Assembly: GCA_031458695.1 (NCBI GenBank)
Contig: JAVKJW010000004.1
Location: 61,283-125,282 of the forward strand
DNA length: 64,000 bases
DNA from: Candidatus Thermofontivivens primus
Lineage (GTDB): Bacteria > Sysuimicrobiota > Sysuimicrobiia > Sysuimicrobiales > Thermofontiviventaceae
Direction: 5' to 3'
Below are positions 9,174 through 15,608 of the stretch, one piece after another. The stretch's first letter is position 1. Each line of letters begins with the position of its first letter. The notes beneath the pieces were generated by a model that was not told where the DNA came from, searched no databases, and worked only from the letters and a program-made list of their open reading frames with translations. The position numbers were made by a program, and so were the translations under genes.

Positions 9174-11492
9174 CTATAAACGGGGATCCCCACCCCCTGC
9201 GGCCACCTTTCTCCTCCCCTTGGAGACTTGGAGCAGGAACTTGAGGAGGAAGACCGCCGTCGCTTTGTCCAGCGGCCTGTTCATGTTGCCGCACTTGGGA
9301 GATTGAATACAGGAAGGACACCCATCCTCGCACGGACACTCTTCGATGGTCCGTAGGGTTGCCTCCATCAAGCTCTCGATGAGCTCATACCCCTTCAAGG
9401 AGAACCCCACACCCCCAGGGTACCCGTCGTAAATAAAAATGGTAGGAAGCTCGGTCTGCGGGTGGAGGGGGTAGGAGACGCCGCCGATGTCCCACCGATC
9501 GCACATGGCGAATAGGGGGAGGAGGCCGATGGCTGCATGTTCCACGGCGTGGATCCCGCCTGCCAGGTCATCATCGCCTCGTAGCACTCTATCCTCAAGC
9601 TCCTTCGGGATCTCAAACCAAAACGCCGTCGTCCGGAGGACCTGGGCAGGGAGGTCGAGGGGCTCCTCCCCTAGGACCTCTTCGGTAAAGAGTTGCTTAC
9701 GGACGTAGGCAATGACCTGGTTGGTCACTTCTACTTCCCCGAAGTGCACCTTGGTCGGCCCCCAGGGCTTCCACTGCACCTCCCGTTTGATCTCCACATC
9801 TGTGAGGACGCGTGGCTGCGTATAGTAGTCTCCCCTGGCTGGGGAGACGTACGCGACCTTCTCCACGAGATCCAGCTTGCGGACGATGTAGGGTTCCCCC
9901 TGGTGAAGGTAAATCGCCCCGGGGTGGACCTCCTCGAACGCCCGCGCTGCGTCCACCGTCCCAATAATCCGGTTCCGGCCGACCTCCTTGATCCGGAACC
10001 GATCGCCGCTGACGGTGCGGATTTCGATCCCCTGGGCAGGATAACCCATTCCACGCCAGTACCAGCGCCCGTTGCGCTGGACGAGTTCCCCCCGCTCTTC
10101 CAGAAGGGTAGCGATCTCCAGGGCCTGCGGGCCGAACAGTTCAAGGTCGCTCTGCCAGATCGGGAGCTCCCGCGCGGCACAACGGAGGTGACCAAGGAGG
10201 ATATAGGGATTCTGGGGATCGATCACGGCGTTTTCGCAGGGGCGCTCAAACAAGTACTGGGGATGGCGCATCAGGTACTGGTCCAGAGCATCCTGGAGGG
10301 CAACGAGGAAGACGAGAGCCTCCTGTCGCCCCCTGCCAACACGCCCAATGCGCTGCCAAGTGCTGGCAATGGTCCCTGGGTAGCCCACGAGGATCGCTGC
10401 GTCAAGGCCCCCCACGTCGATCCCAAGTTCCAGGGCGCTCGTGCTCACCACCCCGATGAGCTCCCCGGTGAACAGGCGTCGTTCGATCTCCCGGCGCTCC
10501 TCAGGGAGATAGCCCGCCCGATACGGGCTGATGCGCCTGGCGAGCTCAGGCGCGTCTTCCAAAAGATGGAAGCGGGCATAGCGGTAAAGGAGCTCGGTGG
10601 TCTTGCGAGCCTTGGTGAAGGCAATGGTCCGGATCCCCCGGCGGACCAGTTCTGTGAACAGCCAGGTCGCCTCCGAGTAAGAGCTCCGTCGCAGGGACCG
10701 AGCCAGATCTAGGAATGGCGGGTTCCAGAGGAGGATCCGTTTGGGCCCTCGGGGGGAGCCATCCTCGTCGATCACCTTCACGGGGAGGCCCAGGAGCTTC
10801 TCAGCGAACTCTTTGGGGTTGGCAATGGTTGCGGAGGTCAAGATGAACACCGGGTTTGCGCCATAGAACCGGAGGATCCTGCGGAGGCGGCGGATCACGT
10901 TGGCCACGTGGGAACCGAAGACACCGCGGTAGATATGCATGTCATCGATCACCACGAACCGGAGGTGGCGGAGGAATGCAGACCACAGACGGTGCTGGGG
11001 GAGGATCCCCAGGTGGAGCATATCCGGGTTGGTCAACACAATGTGGGCGGTCTCGCGGACAACCTTCCGCTGTTCCTGCGGGGTATCCCCGTCGTAGGTC
11101 CCAAAGCGCACCTCCGGCAGCCCGAACTCGTGAAGGGCATCGAGCTGGTCCTGGGCCAGAGCCTTCGTGGGGTAGAGGTAGAGGGCCCTGGTCCTGAGAT
11201 CCTCCAGGATCGCCTCGAGAACGGGGAGGTTGAAGCACAGGGTCTTTCCACTCGCCGTACCTGTCACCACAACAACGTTCTGGCCGTCCCGGACCGACTC
11301 GATGGCCTCCGCCTGGTGTTTGTACAACCGCTGGATCCCCTGGTTGGTGAGGGATTCCTGGAGGCGCGGGGGGAGGGGCCGCCGGAGATCCGCGTAACGG
11401 GCCCGTCTCGCCGGGATGCGGTGCTCGTAGACGACTTGTCCCCTGTACGCGCGCTGCCCCCTGAGTTCGTCAAGGAAGGTCGCCAGATTCAT
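9174..11492 (-). CDS. DEAD/DEAH-box helicase with C-terminal DUF1998 (MrfA/SftH/Hrq1-like)
   Basis: GTASGKT, PTKALAQDQ, motif II variant DDMH, SAT, ALELGID and QRIGRVGR; C-terminal CPCEDGCPSC..C. Confidence 0.92.
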   Translation of the reverse strand: MNLATFLDELRGQRAYRGQVVYEHRIPARRARYADLRRPLPPRLQESLTNQGIQRLYKHQAEAIESVRDGQNVVVVTGTASGKTLCFNLPVLEAILEDLRTRALYLYPTKALAQDQLDALHEFGLPEVRFGTYDGDTPQEQRKVVRETAHIVLTNPDMLHLGILPQHRLWSAFLRHLRFVVIDDMHIYRGVFGSHVANVIRRLRRILRFYGANPVFILTSATIANPKEFAEKLLGLPVKVIDEDGSPRGPKRILLWNPPFLDLARSLRRSSYSEATWLFTELVRRGIRTIAFTKARKTTELLYRYARFHLLEDAPELARRISPYRAGYLPEERREIERRLFTGELIGVVSTSALELGIDVGGLDAAILVGYPGTIASTWQRIGRVGRGRQEALVFLVALQDALDQYLMRHPQYLFERPCENAVIDPQNPYILLGHLRCAARELPIWQSDLELFGPQALEIATLLEERGELVQRNGRWYWRGMGYPAQGIEIRTVSGDRFRIKEVGRNRIIGTVDAARAFEEVHPGAIYLHQGEPYIVRKLDLVEKVAYVSPARGDYYTQPRVLTDVEIKREVQWKPWGPTKVHFGEVEVTNQVIAYVRKQLFTEEVLGEEPLDLPAQVLRTTAFWFEIPKELEDRVLRGDDDLAGGIHAVEHAAIGLLPLFAMCDRWDIGGVSYPLHPQTELPTIFIYDGYPGGVGFSLKGYELIESLMEATLRTIEECPCEDGCPSCIQSPKCGNMNRPLDKATAVFLLKFLLQVSKGRRKVAAGGGDPRL

Positions 11493-11542
11493 AAAAATTC
11501 CCCAAGCGCCGAAATCCCGGAGTTCACTCCGGGGTAGTTGAC
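11493..11542 (-). mobile_element. 50-bp IS200/IS605 (IscB-type)-like collapsed remnant
   Basis: Minus strand GTCAACTACCCCGGAG-TGAA-CTCCGGGATTTCGGCGCTTGGGGAATTTTT, immediately followed by ATGA; resembles the termini of IscB-type elements. Confidence 0.55.
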
Positions 11543-11651
11543 GCCAGCCTCATTATACCACCGTGCCGGTGGCCGGTTTTGGGGATCGCTGGGAGGTTCC
11601 AAGTTGACAGGTTTATGGGTTCCCTGGCAGGGGTTCGCACATCCCGTCATC

Positions 11652-11681
11652 TTGACAGGGACGGATGGGCTTGGATATGCT
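11652..11681 (+). promoter_or_regulatory. Sigma70-type promoter of tRNA-Leu
   Basis: TTGACA-N18-TATGCT. Confidence 0.65.
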
Positions 11682-11695
11682 TGTTGATGCAAAGT

Positions 11696-11783
11696 GCGGA
11701 AGTGGCGGAACTGGCAGACGCGCAGGCCTCAGGAGCCTGTGGGCCAAAAGCCCGTGGGGGTTCGACTCCCCCCTTCCGCACCA
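11696..11783 (+). tRNA. tRNA-Leu (CAG)
   Basis: GCGGAAG/CTTCCGC acceptor stem, caggc-ctCAGga-gcctg anticodon arm, long variable arm, GTTCGAC T-loop, encoded CCA. Confidence 0.96.
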
Positions 11784-11908
11784 TCCCAGGTTTCAGAGGT
11801 CAGACCTTAGGTTCGCAGGTGAGGTCCCCGTACCTGCTCCCATCCCACCCGCGCCGAAAGCGCTTTCCTGCTTTCATGCGCTCGGGCAATCGCCAGGAGG
11901 AAATGGCT

Positions 11909-12109
11909 ATGGATGAGCGGCCTGCATCAGGGAAGGTTTCCCTCCATGTGATCTGCAAGGAGTGCGGGAGGGAGTTCGACACGAAGCTGCGGATGGACAG
12001 GCGAAGCTTTGAGCGCGGAACCCTAGCAGCGAACTACCATACTTGCCCCCACTGTGGAGTCCAGAAGACTTATTCGAAGAGCGATTACATCCTGCGTGGG
12101 GCCGATTGA
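11909..12109 (+). CDS. Small Zn-ribbon protein (66 aa)
   Basis: AGGAGG RBS at 11895-11900; CKEC and CPHC pairs. Confidence 0.75.
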   Translation: MDERPASGKVSLHVICKECGREFDTKLRMDRRSFERGTLAANYHTCPHCGVQKTYSKSDYILRGAD

Positions 12110-12114
12110 GGAGC

Positions 12115-12150
12115 TATGGTGGGGGCGAGGCATACCTCGCCCCCACCATA
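12115..12150. terminator. 16-bp perfect hairpin between convergent genes (REP-like, possible bidirectional terminator)
   Basis: tatggtgggggcgagg-cata-cctcgcccccaccata. Confidence 0.65.
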
Positions 12151-12155
12151 TTGCC

Positions 12156-12183
12156 CCTGAAACCTGAGACCTGGAACCTGATA
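12156..12183. repeat. Heptamer tandem repeat, 4 copies
   Basis: cctgaaa cctgaga cctggaa cctgata. Confidence 0.7.
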
Positions 12184-12187
12184 ACGT

Positions 12188-12805
12188 TTAGGCGAGCCCA
12201 GGAATGTTCATCCTCCGCACGCGCTCTTCGACCGCCCCCCAGTCGAGGTTCCGGAAGAACGCGTCGATGTATGCACCCTTGTTCGTCCCATAGTCGATGA
12301 AGAAAGCGTGCTCAAACACGTCCAGGGCGACGATGGGGGTGGCATTCCAGATGGGATAGGTGTTCTGCTCGTCCCCGATGTAGTTAAAGAGCCGCCCTGT
12401 GTCCCAGTCGTAGGCAAGCCATGCCCATCCCCTGGCGGCGATGCCTGTAGCCTTCAGGTCCTTCTGCCAGTTCTCAAAGGAACCGAAATCCCTCTCGATG
12501 GCCTCTAGGAGCCTTCCTTGAGGCTTTCCTCCCTTTCCACCGAGGATGTCGAAGTAGATCTCATGGTTCTTCACCCCACCAATGGCCCTCGTCAGCTCCA
12601 CCTTGAGTTCCCGGATCTCCGAGTAGGTGGGGTTGGCCTTGGCCGGATCTGGCTCCATGGCAGCAAGCTTTTCCAGGATCTCGTTGGCCTTGTTCACGTA
12701 ACCCTGGTAGAGCTTGTAGTGCTCCTCCATGGTCTTCTTGCTGATCCCGTCAAGCTCCACCTCGAATGACCGGAACTTCTTTGCCTCATACTTGGCGAAG
12801 TTCAT
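12188..12805 (-). CDS. Fe/Mn superoxide dismutase family protein
   Basis: Metal ligands in HYKLYQGYV, NHEIYF and LDVFEHAF; IERDFGSFE. Confidence 0.92.
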   Translation of the reverse strand: MNFAKYEAKKFRSFEVELDGISKKTMEEHYKLYQGYVNKANEILEKLAAMEPDPAKANPTYSEIRELKVELTRAIGGVKNHEIYFDILGGKGGKPQGRLLEAIERDFGSFENWQKDLKATGIAARGWAWLAYDWDTGRLFNYIGDEQNTYPIWNATPIVALDVFEHAFFIDYGTNKGAYIDAFFRNLDWGAVEERVRRMNIPGLA

Positions 12806-12835
12806 AGCTCTCCCTCCTCATTCCAAGATTTCAGC

Positions 12836-12868
12836 ACCCCCGGAAAGTCTTCTGACTTTGTCCGGGGG
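12836..12868 (+). repeat. Dispersed palindromic element, degenerate copy D (in the SOD leader)
   Basis: cccccggaaagtc-ttct-gactttgtccgggggg. Confidence 0.6.
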
Positions 12869-12915
12869 GCTCCTTTGACAAAGTGGGCCGCGCGAACCAC
12901 GCGGCACGTATCCCT

Positions 12916-12959
12916 ATTGTACTCGAAATAGGAAATTTTGGAAAGGGTTACTTTTCCAA
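12916..12959 (-). promoter_or_regulatory. SOD promoter with a palindromic operator
   Basis: Minus strand TTTCCA-N17-TACAAT; TTGGAAA-N8-TTTCCAA inverted repeat at 12938-12959 overlaps the -35. Confidence 0.55.
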
Positions 12960-13136
12960 TTTCATTCTCTCCTGCCTCGCTCATGTCAAGGGGAACAGAG
13001 ATCGGAAGGTTGACCTCCCCCACATCACCCCACCGGATGGAACTCTGGTGGGAACCCAGATCGTCCGCTCGTCGAAGGCTATTGCCGCATAGCGCGGCTC
13101 ACATGGAAGATAAGGGCCTCCGTCTTCCGCGGGAAG

Positions 13137-13230
13137 TGGCGGAGGGGGTGGGATTTGAACCCACGAGGCAGGTTTGTGCCCGCCTACGAGCTCTCCAGGC
13201 CCGCGCCTTCGGCCGCTCGGCCACCCCTCC
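13137..13230 (-). tRNA. tRNA-Ser (GGA)
   Basis: Minus strand GGAGGGG..CCCCTCC-G-CCA, cgggc-ctGGAga-gctcg, long variable arm, GTTCAAATC. Confidence 0.96.
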
Positions 13231-13303
13231 AGAAGAAGAGTCGACACTCTGACTCACAGGCGAGATCGCACAACGAGCGGTGCTTGGGGCTACCGCGTGA
13301 TTT

Positions 13304-13332
13304 ATAATAGTAGAGCCTCCTCTGCCTGTCAA
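13304..13332 (-). promoter_or_regulatory. Sigma70 promoter of tRNA-Ser
   Basis: TTGACA-N17-TATTAT on the minus strand; overlaps a plus-strand TATAAT at 13303. Confidence 0.7.
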
Positions 13333-13367
13333 CGGAGGGGGATTGCACACTTGGAGAAGATGTGACC

Positions 13368-14228
13368 ATGCGGAAGTGCGCAGGGTGGGCCGTCTGTACG
13401 GTTGCCCTCATCGTCCTGGCAGGCGTGTTGAACCCTTCCCGCGCTCATCCAGCCCTTGTGGTGCGCGTCACGCCTCTTGCGCTTCGACAGGGAGAGGTGG
13501 CGCAGGTCATTGTCAGGGCCCAGGTCCCGCTGTCTACCATCCAGCTCTCCTTCCGGAATCGATCCTGGCCTCTCTACCGCGTCCAGAGGGAATGGCATAC
13601 TTTCCTTGGAACAGATCCCACCTCACCATCAGGTCGGCTCCCCATCGTCGTCGAGGCATTCACAATCCGGGGGGAACGCATTGTGGTTCACCGCACATTG
13701 ACTGTGCGGAAAGTCTCCTTTCCCGTGCGCCGCCTCACCTTCGATCCTTCGAAGCAACCCCTCCTCTCCCCTGAAGTGGCGGAACTGGAACAGCGACGTG
13801 TCCGAGAGGCCCTGCGGGTTCTCGCCTCGGAGCCACTGTGGACTGGTCCATTTCTGGTTCCAGTGCAGGGGGAAATCCTCTCCCCGTATGGGGTATTGAA
13901 CATCTACCAGGGACAGGTCTGGGGTTTCCACCGAGGAATAGACCTGGCGGCGCAGGCGGGGGCTCCCGTGCGAGCCGGAAACCATGGAATTGTCCGCCTC
14001 GCCGAGGCCCTCCCCCTGAGCGGGAATGCAATCCTCCTCGACCATGGACTGGGAATCGTAACTTCCTACCTCCACCTCTCCCAAATCAACGTCTCACCGG
14101 GGCAAAGAGTCAAAAGAGGCGAGATCATCGGCCTTGTAGGCAGCACGGGACTGGCCACGGGCCCTCACCTGCACTGGGGGATGCGCGTGAATGGCGTTCA
14201 CGTCAACCCTCTCCCCTGGACGCGCTGA
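13368..14228 (+). CDS. M23 family metallopeptidase, secreted
   Basis: HRGID, YLHL and GSTGLATGPHLHW; signal peptide. Confidence 0.92.
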   Translation: MRKCAGWAVCTVALIVLAGVLNPSRAHPALVVRVTPLALRQGEVAQVIVRAQVPLSTIQLSFRNRSWPLYRVQREWHTFLGTDPTSPSGRLPIVVEAFTIRGERIVVHRTLTVRKVSFPVRRLTFDPSKQPLLSPEVAELEQRRVREALRVLASEPLWTGPFLVPVQGEILSPYGVLNIYQGQVWGFHRGIDLAAQAGAPVRAGNHGIVRLAEALPLSGNAILLDHGLGIVTSYLHLSQINVSPGQRVKRGEIIGLVGSTGLATGPHLHWGMRVNGVHVNPLPWTR

Positions 14229-14254
14229 CCCACACACGGGAAGACGTTTCAAAA

Positions 14255-14283
14255 TTGACAGGTTTTACTGGCCTTTCTATAAT
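14255..14283 (+). promoter_or_regulatory. Perfect consensus sigma70 promoter
   Basis: TTGACA-N17-TATAAT. Confidence 0.85.
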
Positions 14284-14289
14284 ATTGGC

Positions 14290-14462
14290 CAAAGGCGGGT
14301 TGCGCGACGCCACGTGGATGGAACCCACTGTGCATGGATTGGAAGCACGTCTAGACCACCGACCTCCCACAAAACCCTTTCACAGCGAACCGGACGAGTG
14401 CAGCGATCCGCTTCGAAGCATGGTGCCCGGCAAGGATCTTGGACGTGCGAGCCGGCCCTTTT
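14290..14462 (+). ncRNA. Candidate structured ncRNA (6S-like rod or cox leader)
   Basis: Follows the consensus promoter; the ends pair (aaagg/ccttt, cgg/ccg, ttgcgcg/cgtgcga), with inner helices ggatt/gatcc, gcac/gtgc and gtc/gac. Confidence 0.4.
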
Positions 14463-14634
14463 CCAACAAGTGAGAATTCTTGTGATCGCAGGAATCTCCC
14501 TGAAGATGTCGCATCATATTTCCAAAGCGCCTCACCGAGACCGGCTTGGGGATTCTCAGGGGACTCGGCGAAAACCAACCGACGTTTGCCGGATACTTCA
14601 GCAAGGGGGTGGACCGGCTCGAAGGAGGGGGAGG

Positions 14635-15078
14635 ATGCGCCTGGAAGGCACCTACACACTGGAAGCCCCACGCGATCGTGTCTGGGAACTTCTCAACGAT
14701 CCTCATGTCCTCGTCCGGTGCACGCCGGGGATGAAACAGCTCGAGCCAGCCGAGGGCGACACGTTCAAGGCCACCATGGAGGTGGGCGTGGGACCGGTCA
14801 AGGGAACGTTCCAAGGGAAGGTCGAGGTCGCGGAACGAAAGGCGCCGGAACAGATCACACTGCGCGTGCAGGGGGGTGGGAGCGCGGGGATGGTGCGGGC
14901 AGAGGGAACCATCACGCTGCGCGAGGAGGACGGGCGGACAGTCCTCTCCTATGTAGGAGAGGCACAGGTCAGCGGGCTCATCGCCAGCGTCGGCCAGCGC
15001 ATGATCGGAAGCGTCGCCAAGATGCTCGCCGACCAGTTCTTCTCGAACCTCATCAAGGAAGCTTCTGCCTCAAGGTAA
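14635..15078 (+). CDS. coxG: CoxG / SRPBCC domain protein
   Basis: VWELLNDPHVLVRCTPG, VGVGPVKGTF and IASVGQRMI..ADQFF. Confidence 0.88.
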   Translation: MRLEGTYTLEAPRDRVWELLNDPHVLVRCTPGMKQLEPAEGDTFKATMEVGVGPVKGTFQGKVEVAERKAPEQITLRVQGGGSAGMVRAEGTITLREEDGRTVLSYVGEAQVSGLIASVGQRMIGSVAKMLADQFFSNLIKEASASR

Positions 15079-15094
15079 TTCTGCCTCAAGGTAA
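15063..15094 (+). repeat. Exact 16-bp tandem duplication at the coxG stop
   Basis: ttctgcctcaaggtaa twice. Confidence 0.9.
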
Positions 15095-15109
15095 AGGGGG
15101 TGGAAAACG

Positions 15110-15607
15110 TTGCGGGTTCCAATCAGTGTCACCGTCAATGGGACCGTTTATCACCATGAAGTGGAACCGCGGTTGCTACTGGTATACTACCTCCGTGAGG
15201 TCCTTGGCCTCACAGGAACGCACATTGGCTGCGACACCAGCAACTGCGGGGCGTGTACTGTGATGATGAACGGCCTAGCTGTGAAATCCTGCACTGTCCT
15301 CGCCGTCCAGGCGAACGGCGCGGAGATCCTTACCGTTGAAGGGCTGGCACGGGATGGCCAGCTCCACCCTATCCAAGAAGGGTTCTGGGAGGAGCACGGG
15401 CTCCAGTGCGGATACTGCACGCCTGGGATGATGATCGCCGCCCTCCAGCTCCTCCAGAGGAACCCAGACCCTTCTGAAGCGGAGATCCGCCACGCTCTGG
15501 AAGGGAATCTTTGCCGCTGCACAGGGTACCAGCATATCGTGAACGCCGTTCGCTATGCTGCCCGGAAGATGAAAGAAAGTGGCGCCATGCCCGTAGGGGG
15601 GAGATAG
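15110..15607 (+). CDS. coxS: CoxS-type 2x[2Fe-2S] small subunit
   Basis: [19 protein letters not shown] and GNLCRCTGY. Confidence 0.95.
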   Translation: MRVPISVTVNGTVYHHEVEPRLLLVYYLREVLGLTGTHIGCDTSNCGACTVMMNGLAVKSCTVLAVQANGAEILTVEGLARDGQLHPIQEGFWEEHGLQCGYCTPGMMIAALQLLQRNPDPSEAEIRHALEGNLCRCTGYQHIVNAVRYAARKMKESGAMPVGGR

Positions 15608-15608
15608 C

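Noticed and set aside
9174..11492. DISARM DrmB or another defence helicase
   Set aside because: It is a single fused helicase-DUF1998 gene in a housekeeping context, with no drm or methylase neighbours; it fits the MrfA/SftH repair type.
11579..11908. N-terminal 110 aa of the 176-aa ORF
   Set aside because: It overlaps tRNA-Leu and its promoter; the real start is at the RBS near 11909.
13003..13130. SRP RNA (ffs) next to tRNA-Ser
   Set aside because: The conserved SRP helix-8 motif (CAGG..GGAA..AGCAG) is absent on both strands.
11696..13230. Prophage or island integrated at tRNA-Leu or tRNA-Ser
   Set aside because: I saw no duplicated tRNA 3' end (att site) and no intact integrase in the window.
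14290..14634. Moco riboswitch in front of the cox cluster
   Set aside because: I could not identify the characteristic Moco motif elements; kept only as an unassigned ncRNA candidate.
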